From Candidatus Aminicenantes bacterium UBA6072 (GTDB lineage: Bacteria > Acidobacteriota > Aminicenantia > UBA2199), in assembly GCA_002436105.1 (NCBI GenBank), contig DIXU01000008.1, forward strand, positions 145,979 to 209,978: DNA of 64,000 nucleotides, in the 5' to 3' direction. Below the pieces are notes generated by a model. That model was not told where the DNA came from, made no database searches, and worked only from the letters and a program-made list of their open reading frames with translations. Every line of letters starts with the position of its first letter. Within the stretch, counting starts at the first letter, position 1. Below are positions 22,996 to 32,314 of the stretch, piece after piece. The position numbers were made by a program, and so were the translations under genes.

Positions 22996-24769
22996 TTTTC
23001 CTCTCTTTGATGCGCAGCTTGAATATCTTCTTGCCGGCGACCACCGCCGGCACCTCGAACTGATACTCGGCCACGGTGGAGAACGCCATGTTGGCCTGGT
23101 CCTTGGCCAGGGTGTTGTAAAGCAGGACGTTGCCCACGCTCGATGGCAGGTAGGAATACTCGAAGCCGCGGATGAACAGCCCCTGGGCCGGAACGAAAAG
23201 CTTCAGGTACAAGCGGCTGTTCCTGCGGATGTTGTTGATGGCACGGATGAGGGCGCCTAGGTCGGATGGGAAATAGGTCGTCTTGACGGCCTTGGCGTCG
23301 AAATCGGAGATGCCGGCGGCATCGGCGACCATGAGGTAGAACTCCGCTCCCGGCTTCAGGTTGGGCGCCTTGACCTGGATCCTCTCGGAGAACGCTCCGC
23401 CCTTCTCGTTTTTGAGCTGCATGTCGATCGTCATCAGCTCCTCCGGGAGATAGGCGACCTTGTCGATGAGGACGTTCTCCAGCTCGGCGCGCTGGACGGC
23501 CTCGCGGCCGCTGATCTCGAAATCCATCTTCTGGATGCGGGCGTTCTTTTCCCGGTTGTTCATCAGGAAATAGTTGATGACCATGACCAGGGTGGAGAAT
23601 TCATCGGCGGCCTCGGTGCCGCTGAACAGGTCATCCATGACCACGTTATCCTCGTTCTCGACGAAGATCTTGCCGTTGACGCGCAGCGACTGGAATCCGA
23701 ACTCCTGGTACTCGGCCTGCAGGGCGTTCAGCAGGGAGATGTAGGTCAGGGCCGGCGTCAACAGCGGGTGGTTGACCACCTCGAGGTTGAAATTGCGGTT
23801 GCGGTTCTTCAGGAAGATCTTCAGGGGGATCATGGCCGGCGCCTGCCCCAGCTCGGCCATGACCCCGGAGAAGCGGTCCTGGCGCACGGCCCCCACCGGG
23901 TTGCGGGTGGCGGCCAGCTTGAACGAGCTCTCGTAGGAGGGGACGACGGAGATGACCTCGGCCTTGTGCAGCGGGAAGTCCACCGTGCCCAGGTTGAAGA
24001 AGGGATGGCCGAAGACATAGACCTTCTGGCCGTCGACATGGGTCACCGTGCCGGTGGCGGCGTAGGAGGCGTCGCCGCGGATGAGCGGGATGGCGACGGC
24101 GTCGGCCGGCCGCACGGTGAACATCTCCGGGGAGAGCTTGCGCGTGCTGATGTCCTTGCCGACGGCCATGCTTTGCAGCGGGACGAACAGGTCGCCCAGG
24201 AAGGAAACCGCCTCCGGCGTGAAGCCGCGGCTGCTGGCGAAGAGCTTGATCGGCGCCAGCGAGCGGGCGGGAGAGAAGTTCAGGCGGGCGGCCAGCTCGT
24301 TGCGGATGGCCGCGGCCACGCGCCGGGCGTTCTGGCGGCCGAAATCGATCTGGATATTGCTGATCTCCACGCTGGCGGCCGGCGCCGAGGCAACGGCCGA
24401 TATCCTCAGGATGTCCTCGATCGGCGTAATGCCTGCGATCGGCTTGCGCGAGAAATTGCTCAAGCCGTAGGACACGGAACCGATGAGCCGGCCGTTGATA
24501 TATACAGGGCTGCCGCTCATGCCGGCGATGACGCCGCCGTCGTTCAGCTCCGGGGCGTTCAGCTCGGCGATGATCAGGCTCTTGTCGGAAACGAACTTTT
24601 CCATCACGCCCAGCACCTTGAAGGTGAAGGTCTCGATGGTGCTGCCCTTGAAAATGGTGCGCCCCTCCCCTTCCATGCCGGGCTTGACCTCGGACAGCTT
24701 CATGATATCGGTGGCCGCCAGCAGGCAGGAGAGCAGCAGGCCGGCAGCCGTCAGCGCGATTCGTTTCAT
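22988..24769 (-). CDS. peptidase S55 (SpoIVB-like) domain protein
   Basis: Signal peptide, then a GMSGSPVYINGRLIG motif matching the S55 catalytic serine region. Confidence 0.6.
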   Translation of the reverse strand: MKRIALTAAGLLLSCLLAATDIMKLSEVKPGMEGEGRTIFKGSTIETFTFKVLGVMEKFVSDKSLIIAELNAPELNDGGVIAGMSGSPVYINGRLIGSVSYGLSNFSRKPIAGITPIEDILRISAVASAPAASVEISNIQIDFGRQNARRVAAAIRNELAARLNFSPARSLAPIKLFASSRGFTPEAVSFLGDLFVPLQSMAVGKDISTRKLSPEMFTVRPADAVAIPLIRGDASYAATGTVTHVDGQKVYVFGHPFFNLGTVDFPLHKAEVISVVPSYESSFKLAATRNPVGAVRQDRFSGVMAELGQAPAMIPLKIFLKNRNRNFNLEVVNHPLLTPALTYISLLNALQAEYQEFGFQSLRVNGKIFVENEDNVVMDDLFSGTEAADEFSTLVMVINYFLMNNREKNARIQKMDFEISGREAVQRAELENVLIDKVAYLPEELMTIDMQLKNEKGGAFSERIQVKAPNLKPGAEFYLMVADAAGISDFDAKAVKTTYFPSDLGALIRAINNIRRNSRLYLKLFVPAQGLFIRGFEYSYLPSSVGNVLLYNTLAKDQANMAFSTVAEYQFEVPAVVAGKKIFKLRIKERKNE

Positions 24770-24939
24770 GGCTTCTCCAGACGGCGGCCGCCGGGATTCG
24801 CCCGCCGCTCGCGGCGGCAGGTTCCTGCACTGGCGGCAACCCCAATCGTTATTCCCTTCATTTTCCTATTGGTTGTGCAACGGGAAACAAAACGCATCAT
24901 AATCAAAATCACGCGAAAAATCAAGGCGGGACGCCGGGC

Positions 24940-26805
24940 TTACGTCTGCGGATCGCCGATGGTCGTCTCGGAACGGTCGTTGCTGCCGGAAACGATGATC
25001 TGGTTGCTGGCCAGGTCGAGATGCAGCTCCTGCCCGCGCGTCGTCCCGGCCCCGCGGCGGCGGATCTCGGCCCGCTCGCGGAAGACGACGGACTGGCGCG
25101 CGTATTGCCAGTGCAGCGCCTGGCCCCGGCCCTCGATATCCTCCTTGCGGAAGGAGGCGGCGTCAAAGGCGAAAACGTCCTGCAGCCTGTCATCGGGGCC
25201 GAAAACCAGCTCGATCCTGCGCGCGGCCAGCGAGTTCGCGCCCTGCTCCAGCCGGGCATCCCTCTCGATGACGATCCGGCCACCGCCGGCATCCAGGTCG
25301 ATCGCCTGTCCGTGCAGGACCAGCGGCTGCCCGTCGTTGGCGAACTTCAATTCGGCGCCGCCGCGGCAGGACAGCGCGCCGCCGCCGCCGAACAGCAGCT
25401 CGCCGGCATGCAGTTCCACCTCATCCTGGAACAGGCTCACCCGGCCGGTGAAGCGGCTGGCGTCATCCTTTTGCGAGGTTTCCAGCTCGTCGGCGGTGAC
25501 GAAAACCGGCTTGGCCCCCAGCAGGGCGCTCTTCCTGCCGGGGATGATCGTGGCCTTGACGCCTTGCTCGCCGGTGATGCGTTTCGACCCGGTTTGCATG
25601 CGGAAATGACGGGATTGAAAGCGGTTTTTGCCGCTCTCGATGGTGGAATTCGGTCCGGAAATGCCGATCTCCCCGCTGGACGCGTCATAATCGAGGCGCT
25701 GGGAAACGCCGGAAAAATCGTCGGTGACGAACCGGCATTCGCCTTTCGCCTGGACCGCCGTGAGTTCGCCGGCCGGGTCGTACGCCGCGTCCAGGATCAG
25801 GCAGTCGACGCGGAGATTCTCCCGGCCTTCGCTGGCCAGGGTGCCGCGGGCGAGCATGCGGGCCTCGCGCAGGATCTGGGTCTCGGGATCCAGCGTGATG
25901 TCGACGGCATCGGAAAGCAAACGGCTTTTGCCTTCCCGGGAGCTGGTGGAGATCGTGGCCCGTTCGCGAACTTCCAGCAGCCGCAGCCGTCCCTGGTCCC
26001 CATACAGGAGCTTGATGCGTTCGGCGGCGATCTCCTTGTCCAGCCGCTGTCCGTCGTCGCCGGCCTGCCGGGTGTCAAAAAGGCATTCGCCGGTGGCCAG
26101 CGCCCACTGCGCCTGGGCGAAATCCGGATCGAACTGCATCAGGACGCGCCGCGCCCTGAGCGCGGAGCGGGCTCCCTCCACGCGGACGTCCCCTTCCATC
26201 AGCAGCCAGTTCTGCTTCCGGTTCACCCGGAGCAGCCGGGCCTGGAAATCGAACGGCCGCTCGTCGCGGATCATCACGCCCTTGAAATCGAGCAGCTTCA
26301 TGAGCTTGGCCTGGATCACGTAGACCATGCCCCCGGCGGCCCGGCCGCTGACCGGATTGAGCCGGATCTCCACGGCGTCCTGGCTGGAAAGCAGGTCCAG
26401 GCTTTTCAGGTCGAAGCTGCGGCCGGAGAGGGTGAAGCGCGGCGAAGAGATGCGCACGTCCCCCTCCAGGAAAAAGTCGTTGAACTCGTTTCCGGCCCGG
26501 CCGCTGTCGGCCGCAACGCGGATGTCCTCGCCCAGCTTGTCGACGCGGTAGAGGGTCGCCACGATCTGCTTCATGCGCAGGGTGTCGTCGTCACCTTTCT
26601 GGGATTCGGCGCACTGAACCTGCAGTTTTTTTTCATTGTCCAGGTTGAAGGTCAGGTAGGTCAGGTCGATGCCCTCGACCTCGCCCTCCGGGGTCTTCGC
26701 CGCCGCGGCGGCCCCTCCCGGGCGGTTGCGCACCCACAGCAGTCCGACCAGCAGCAGCGCGGCGAGCAAGGACCAGGCAATGATCGTTTTCTTCTTCGCT
26801 TTCAT
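24940..26805 (-). CDS. LptA/OstA-like repeat protein with N-terminal membrane anchor (LptC/LptA-like)
   Basis: 621 aa with an N-terminal TM and repeated OstA-N-like beta-jellyroll segments. Confidence 0.5.
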   Translation of the reverse strand: MKAKKKTIIAWSLLAALLLVGLLWVRNRPGGAAAAAKTPEGEVEGIDLTYLTFNLDNEKKLQVQCAESQKGDDDTLRMKQIVATLYRVDKLGEDIRVAADSGRAGNEFNDFFLEGDVRISSPRFTLSGRSFDLKSLDLLSSQDAVEIRLNPVSGRAAGGMVYVIQAKLMKLLDFKGVMIRDERPFDFQARLLRVNRKQNWLLMEGDVRVEGARSALRARRVLMQFDPDFAQAQWALATGECLFDTRQAGDDGQRLDKEIAAERIKLLYGDQGRLRLLEVRERATISTSSREGKSRLLSDAVDITLDPETQILREARMLARGTLASEGRENLRVDCLILDAAYDPAGELTAVQAKGECRFVTDDFSGVSQRLDYDASSGEIGISGPNSTIESGKNRFQSRHFRMQTGSKRITGEQGVKATIIPGRKSALLGAKPVFVTADELETSQKDDASRFTGRVSLFQDEVELHAGELLFGGGGALSCRGGAELKFANDGQPLVLHGQAIDLDAGGGRIVIERDARLEQGANSLAARRIELVFGPDDRLQDVFAFDAASFRKEDIEGRGQALHWQYARQSVVFRERAEIRRRGAGTTRGQELHLDLASNQIIVSGSNDRSETTIGDPQT

Positions 26806-26910
26806 GGGCGATGCGCACTGGCGGCGGGTCCCCGGCGCCGGGCCGGCGTGCGCGCCGCGCGGGCCCCGCTGCCCCCCTTGCTTTCGTTTACGATACGGCC
26901 CGGGATCGAC

Positions 26911-27417
26911 TCAGGGGCCAACGTGGATGAGCTCCTGCTCCTCGCCGTATTCCTCGAAACGCTCCAGGCTGCTTTTTTCCACGTCAAGCAGCTTGTAATG
27001 CCCCATCTCCATCATGGAAAAATAGAGCAGCAGGTTCTTCCTGGCGGGGTCGTCGGCGAACAGCTCGGCCAGCTGCAGGTAGAAATCGTGGGCCGCCTGC
27101 TCGGCGTCCATGGCCTGGGCAATGATGCCGCTCAGCGGCACCAGCTCGTCGCGGAAGCGGACCTCGGGCAGGGGCACGACGGGGGTGTCGGGGACAACGA
27201 TGGCCTGGCCGGGAAAACGCTGGCGGAAAAGCTCCTCCAGCGACTTCTGGTGCTTGCCTTCCTCGAGGGCGAGGAAATCCAGGCGCTCCTTCAGGAAGGC
27301 GTTCTTCACCGCTTTCGCCAGCCGGGTATAGACGGCCTGGCTGTCGATCTCGCTCTTGACGGCGGCCAGCAGCAGGTCGGCCAGCGCGTATTTCTTCAAA
27401 TTCAAATTCTTCATCAT
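26911..27417 (-). CDS. ferritin-like / rubrerythrin-like four-helix-bundle protein
   Basis: 168 aa with two ExxH-like diiron motif pairs (EEGKH, MMEMGHYK). Confidence 0.5.
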   Translation of the reverse strand: MMKNLNLKKYALADLLLAAVKSEIDSQAVYTRLAKAVKNAFLKERLDFLALEEGKHQKSLEELFRQRFPGQAIVVPDTPVVPLPEVRFRDELVPLSGIIAQAMDAEQAAHDFYLQLAELFADDPARKNLLLYFSMMEMGHYKLLDVEKSSLERFEEYGEEQELIHVGP

Positions 27418-27445
27418 GACCTCCTTGGAACGGCCGCAGCCGTGA

Positions 27446-28030
27446 TCAATAGTTCTCCACCCAGAGCTCGAAATGCTCCCGGGGATGATCGCAGACCGGG
27501 CACTTCTCCGGGGCCTGGTCCGCTTCGACGACCGCGCCGCAGACGCGGCATTTCCAGGCGGTCTTGCGCGGCCTGGCGAAGACCGTCCTGTCCTTCACGT
27601 TCTGCAGCAGCTTGCGGTAGCGCGCCTCGTGCCGCTTTTCCACCGTGGCCACGGCGCGGAAAACGCGGGCGACCTCGGGGAAGCCCTCCTCGTCGGCGAC
27701 GCGGGCGAACTCCGGGTAGAGGGCGCACCACTCCTCGTTCTCGCCGGCGGCGGCGTACTCGAGGTTCTTTTCCGTCGTGTCCAGCGCCACCGGGTAGGCG
27801 GCCTGGATCTCCAGGGGCTCGCCGTTCATCGCCGCAGCCAGGGGCTTGTAGAACAGCTTGGCATGCATGCGCTCGTTCTCGGCCGTCTCCAGGAACAGCT
27901 CCTCGATCTGCTTGAAGCCTTCCTTGCCCGCCGTCTTGGCATAGAACGTGTAGCGCATCCGCGCCTGCGATTCGCCGGCAAAAGCCTTGAGAAGATTCTC
28001 CGCCGTGCGGCTGCCCTTGAGTTGCTTCAT
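27446..28030 (-). CDS. rbr: rubrerythrin
   Basis: Diiron ferritin-like domain plus a C-terminal rubredoxin-like CRVCG...CPVC. Start set at MKQLKG. Confidence 0.85.
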   Translation of the reverse strand: MKQLKGSRTAENLLKAFAGESQARMRYTFYAKTAGKEGFKQIEELFLETAENERMHAKLFYKPLAAAMNGEPLEIQAAYPVALDTTEKNLEYAAAGENEEWCALYPEFARVADEEGFPEVARVFRAVATVEKRHEARYRKLLQNVKDRTVFARPRKTAWKCRVCGAVVEADQAPEKCPVCDHPREHFELWVENY

Positions 28031-28050
28031 GGTTCGACCTCCACAATCCG

Positions 28051-28716
28051 TCATTGTAGCTTTTTTCCGCCCAAAGTCAAGGAGGATCGGCCTCCGTCCC
28101 CTTGCAGCAGGGACAGGGCTTTTTCTTCGTCATCGCCGCGGCGGACGATGCGCGGCGTCTCGCCGGTTGCATCGACCACGGTCGATCCCCTGGAAGGCGG
28201 CAGCGCTCCCCCGTCGATGAGCAGGTCGAGGCCCGGGAACTCGCGGGCGATGCGCCGCGGGTCGTTCAGGGGCGGCCGTCCGCTCAGGTTCGCCGAGGTG
28301 CCGATCAAAGGGAAGCCGAGGGCGGAGATCAATTCCAGCAGCAGCGGCAGGCCCGGCATGCGGATGCCGATTTTCCCGCTCCCCTTGAGCAGGGCCGGGT
28401 CGACGGCCGGGCCCGGCTTGAAAAGGAAGGTGAACTTCCCGGGCAGCAGATCCTGGAGCCGCCCGCGGAAAACATCGGGGATCTCGGCAACGAGCGATTC
28501 CAGCATGGCCCAGTCGGCGACCGCGGCCGAGTAGGGCGATCCTCCCCTCCCCTTCAAGCGGTCGACGGCCGCATGGGCGGCCGGCGACAGGAAATTCCCT
28601 CCCAGCCCGTACAGGGTGTCGGTGGGATAGGCCATGATGCCGCCGGCGTGCAGGCAATCGCGGATGCACGCCGAATTATCGGGGACGAGGACAGAGTCGA
28701 AAGGAATGACGGTCAT
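28051..28716 (-). CDS. tsaC: L-threonylcarbamoyladenylate synthase (TsaC/YrdC family)
   Basis: [10 protein letters not shown] hallmark motif. Start MTVIPFD overlaps upstream stop (ATGA). Confidence 0.8.
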   Translation of the reverse strand: MTVIPFDSVLVPDNSACIRDCLHAGGIMAYPTDTLYGLGGNFLSPAAHAAVDRLKGRGGSPYSAAVADWAMLESLVAEIPDVFRGRLQDLLPGKFTFLFKPGPAVDPALLKGSGKIGIRMPGLPLLLELISALGFPLIGTSANLSGRPPLNDPRRIAREFPGLDLLIDGGALPPSRGSTVVDATGETPRIVRRGDDEEKALSLLQGDGGRSSLTLGGKKLQ

Positions 28717-29879
28717 GGGTAGAGCAGGAACGGCCGGACCGCTTCGGCGTAGGCATTGATCTCGCGCTCGATGTCGCACTGAATTTCGGGAAAGGGAATG
28801 TTTTTATCAATGGCCTTGCGGATCGCGCCCGTGCCGCAGATCATGTCGATGGGCAGGCGCTCGGACTCGAATTCATAGGGCGGGGCCTGCCACTTGAATT
28901 TCCCGGGATACAGCCGCGCCGCCAGGCGGATCAATTCATAGTATGCCCGGAACGGGCGGAATTTTTCCTGGCCCGGCACTTGCACCAGCACGCCGCCGCA
29001 CACCCGGCCGGCGTGCTTGGAGAACTCGGGCTTGAAGAACATGGGGACGAAACGGACCCCGGGCAGCATCAACCGCTTCATCTCCGCGGCCAGGCGCAAC
29101 GGCTCGATGAAGGGCGCGCCGACGAGCTCGAACGGCCGTGTGCTGCCCCGGCCTTCGGAAAGGTTCGTCCCCTCGAGGAGCACGGCTCCGGGATAGACCC
29201 GGGCGGCGGCGAAGGAGGGCATGTTGGGGGACGGCAGGGTCCAGTCCCCGGGGAAGAACTCCTCCCGCGGCCAGCCGCGCGCCTTGACCACCCGGAGCGG
29301 GACGTCGAGCCCGTATTCATTCAGGGCGAAGGAGAGGTATTCGCCGGCGGTCAGGCCGTGGCGCATGGGAACGGGCAGCTGGGCGACGATGCTGAAATGA
29401 TCGGGTTGGGCGACCGGGCCTTCAAGAACACGGCCGTTGAGCGGGTTGGGGCGGTCCAGGACGACCACCTCGACGCCGCGCCCGGAGAGCCAGCGCAGCA
29501 GCATGACCAGGTGGTTGACGAAGGTGTAGACCCGGGTTCCGATGTCAAAGGGATCGACCAGCAATGCATCGACGCCCTCGAGCCAGTCATCCCCGGGCAG
29601 CAGCCTTTTCCCGTACAGGCTGCGCACGGCCACTCCCCTGGCTTTCCAGAAAAAGGACGGCGAAAGGACCATGTTGTCCTGCCGGTCGATGAAGAAGCCG
29701 TGCTGCAGCGACCAGATCGCCTGCAATCGCTTTCCGGCCAGTTCATGGACCACCCGGTAAACCGGCTGGCCGGCGGAATCGATGTTGGCGCTGCCGGTGA
29801 CCAGGGCGACGCCGCGCCGGCCGATGGCCTCACGGTAAACCCACGGCAAGACATCGATGCCATTCAGAATTATGGCCAA
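28713..29879 (-). CDS. DUF1343 family protein (exo-beta-N-acetylmuramidase NamZ-like)
   Basis: 388 aa. Resembles YbbC/NamZ-family proteins by overall conservation. Confidence 0.55.
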   Translation of the reverse strand: MAIILNGIDVLPWVYREAIGRRGVALVTGSANIDSAGQPVYRVVHELAGKRLQAIWSLQHGFFIDRQDNMVLSPSFFWKARGVAVRSLYGKRLLPGDDWLEGVDALLVDPFDIGTRVYTFVNHLVMLLRWLSGRGVEVVVLDRPNPLNGRVLEGPVAQPDHFSIVAQLPVPMRHGLTAGEYLSFALNEYGLDVPLRVVKARGWPREEFFPGDWTLPSPNMPSFAAARVYPGAVLLEGTNLSEGRGSTRPFELVGAPFIEPLRLAAEMKRLMLPGVRFVPMFFKPEFSKHAGRVCGGVLVQVPGQEKFRPFRAYYELIRLAARLYPGKFKWQAPPYEFESERLPIDMICGTGAIRKAIDKNIPFPEIQCDIEREINAYAEAVRPFLLYP

Positions 29880-29948
29880 GAAATACCTCTTCTCCCGTTA
29901 ACCCAATTGCGCTGGAAAGTCAAGGCCTGGAGTATGCCGGAACCCGGT

Positions 29949-31805
29949 TCACCTGCCCGGTTTACATACCTTGCCGGTCGCCTGCCACGACGGTGCCAGC
30001 CAGGCGTGCCCCAGGATGCGGTATTCGACCAGCGGCGGCAGGTAAGCGTTCATCCAGTTGCTGTGCTTCCAGCTGTAGTGGAAGAAGCGGCGCTCCCGGG
30101 GCCGGTCAACCGGAATGCTGAAGAGCGGCTCGCCGCTGCCTTGCTTTTCCATCCCCAGCTCGTCGAAGATCGTGGCCGGGACGTCCGCCAGGGATGCGGG
30201 CGCATCCGTGATCCTGAGCTCCCCCCGGTCGCCCGGGCGCTTGGCCAGCAGGAGGGGGATGCCCGATCGCAACACGCGGTCGAAGCCCGGGGCAGCCGCG
30301 GCACCGGCTTCCCCCAGGTCGGGTGGCACGCGCACATCGTAGGCGCCAAAAGGATGACCGTGGTCGCCGAGGATGAAGATCAGCGCCTGGTCGTAGATGC
30401 CCATCTCCCTCAGCCCGTCCAGGAACAGCCGCACCAGCTTGAGCTCCCCGCGCGCCAGGTCGGTGAGGTTGGCGCGGTTCAGCGGCAGGTTGACCCGCTC
30501 GAAGTCCGCGTTCATCTGGATGGGCTCGTGCGGGCCGCGCCAATGGTAGAGCTTGAAGACATGGCTCTCGTTCACGGCCGCCGCCTGCATCAGGAAATTG
30601 GCGATGAAGCGCGAGTCGGAGTTCACCGGCAGCGAATCGCGGACCAGATCCACCCCGCGCATGTGGTTCCTGGAGCTGACATGGGGAAACTTGCGGCGCT
30701 GCGCCAGCCGCGAGCGGATCGCCTTCAGCGATCTCGGCGGCGGTTCGTCCTCGTTCAGCAGGTTGGCCAGGACGTCCTTGCGGATCCAACGTGACAGGAA
30801 CCAATGACCGTCATGGTAGATCACGCGCTTGAGCAGATGAGGCAGATGACGGAACAGGGTCAGATCAATCAGCCACACCAGCCTGGAGTCGCTCATGCGC
30901 CGGGTTCTTTTTTTGATGTTGGATAAAACCGCCGGGTCAAAGTAAATCGTGTTGGGCACCAGGGGGACGAGGTGAACCTGCCAGCCGCGCCGGGTCAATT
31001 GGTACGGGACCGAGGAGGGAGAACTGTAGGCTTGGGCGATGAAGCTCTGGATGGGCACGGAATTGGAGTAATACTGCCCTGTCAGCAGCAAGGGAATGGA
31101 GGCGTAGGTGCTGGGGAATCCTCCCGTCGTGTTGCGGAAATAGGTGAAGTCGCCGAAAATATCCCTATACGATGGGTCGCGGTCGATGATCTCCTGGAAA
31201 ACGTCGGACTGGAAACTGTCCAGGATGAGGACGATGACGTTCCGGCGGCTTGAGAAATCGAACTCCACCATGCGATCGAACTGGTATTTCTTGAAGCTCG
31301 GCATCTCCGGCTGGCGAACGACCGTGATCGAAGTGGACAGCAGCTGGATCGCCAGGAACAGCAATGAGATCGCCTTCACCCGCCGATAAAGGAATCCCGG
31401 GCGCCACAGCGCCAGGATCAAGGCCGCGACCCACAGGGGGGTGTCGATCAGGCCATTGAGCGCCTTCTCCCCCCAGGCGATCTCGTGGCCGCTCAGGGCG
31501 CCGTACTGCCAGAGCAGGATGTTGCCCTGGAGCCACAGGAGAAGGCCGAGAGCGAGCACGAAGGCCACGCCGCGCTCGTGAAGCCGGAAGCGGCAGGGAA
31601 GCAGGAGCAGAAGCAGCGTCAATACCAGGAAAACGCCCAGGGCGATGATGCCGAGATAGGGCAGGAGATGGAAGAAGCCGAATTTGAACTCGAGGGAATT
31701 GGTCAGGAAGATCTGCGCCGGCCCGAACAGGGTCAGGGTGCAGGAAAACAGCAGCGCGGCCAGCAGGGCGCTGGGCCATTTCTTTATTTTCTGGGCAACG
31801 GGCAT
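29949..31805 (-). CDS. membrane-anchored alkaline-phosphatase-superfamily transferase (LtaS/EptA/sulfatase-like)
   Basis: About 5 N-terminal TMs then a sulfatase-fold domain with DSFQSD metal site and GDHG motif. Adjacent to LPS core genes. Confidence 0.65.
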   Translation of the reverse strand: MPVAQKIKKWPSALLAALLFSCTLTLFGPAQIFLTNSLEFKFGFFHLLPYLGIIALGVFLVLTLLLLLLPCRFRLHERGVAFVLALGLLLWLQGNILLWQYGALSGHEIAWGEKALNGLIDTPLWVAALILALWRPGFLYRRVKAISLLFLAIQLLSTSITVVRQPEMPSFKKYQFDRMVEFDFSSRRNVIVLILDSFQSDVFQEIIDRDPSYRDIFGDFTYFRNTTGGFPSTYASIPLLLTGQYYSNSVPIQSFIAQAYSSPSSVPYQLTRRGWQVHLVPLVPNTIYFDPAVLSNIKKRTRRMSDSRLVWLIDLTLFRHLPHLLKRVIYHDGHWFLSRWIRKDVLANLLNEDEPPPRSLKAIRSRLAQRRKFPHVSSRNHMRGVDLVRDSLPVNSDSRFIANFLMQAAAVNESHVFKLYHWRGPHEPIQMNADFERVNLPLNRANLTDLARGELKLVRLFLDGLREMGIYDQALIFILGDHGHPFGAYDVRVPPDLGEAGAAAAPGFDRVLRSGIPLLLAKRPGDRGELRITDAPASLADVPATIFDELGMEKQGSGEPLFSIPVDRPRERRFFHYSWKHSNWMNAYLPPLVEYRILGHAWLAPSWQATGKVCKPGR

Positions 31806-31931
31806 CTTGACTGGCTTAAAAAAAGGGATTCGCCCTTCGTGACGCTTATAGCACCAATCGCCGCCCCTGTCAATTTGAGCCGGCGCACGGGCTCCGCCGG
31901 CGCCAACGGGGAAACTTGAACGCCGGCGACC

Positions 31932-31959
31932 TTGACGAAAGCAGATAATATGCTATAAT
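31932..31959 (+). promoter_or_regulatory. sigma70-like promoter TTGACG-16-TATAAT upstream of rpoZ
   Basis: Hexamers at 31932-31937 and 31954-31959. GGAGGA RBS at about 31970, TTG start at 31980. Confidence 0.5.
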
Positions 31960-31979
31960 TTCACTTTCTGGAGGAATCC

Positions 31980-32300
31980 TTGCAAACATTGAACGGCATC
32001 GACAGCAAGTTCAGGCTGGCCATCCTGGTCGCCCGCCGCGCCAAGCAGCTGATCAACGGCGCCCACAGGAAGGTGGAGATCAAGAGCGACAACACCCTGA
32101 CCGTGGCCATGGAAGAATTCCGGCAGGGGAAAATAAACTTCGACGTGCTCGACGAGGAAGAAAACTTCTTCACGCAGCAGGCCGCGGGCGAGGCCGGGAC
32201 CGAGGCCGTTGCCGGCGCGGAGGAAGATGCCGACATCGAATCCGATCTCGGCGCCGAGGAGGACGGGGGGGAAGAGGCCGAGGCGGAAAGCGAGTCCTGA
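31980..32300 (+). CDS. rpoZ: DNA-directed RNA polymerase subunit omega (TTG start, acidic C-terminal tail)
   Basis: KFRLAILVARRAKQL motif. C-terminal D/E-rich extension. Confidence 0.85.
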   Translation: MQTLNGIDSKFRLAILVARRAKQLINGAHRKVEIKSDNTLTVAMEEFRQGKINFDVLDEEENFFTQQAAGEAGTEAVAGAEEDADIESDLGAEEDGGEEAEAESES

Positions 32301-32314
32301 CCCCGCGTTCCTGA

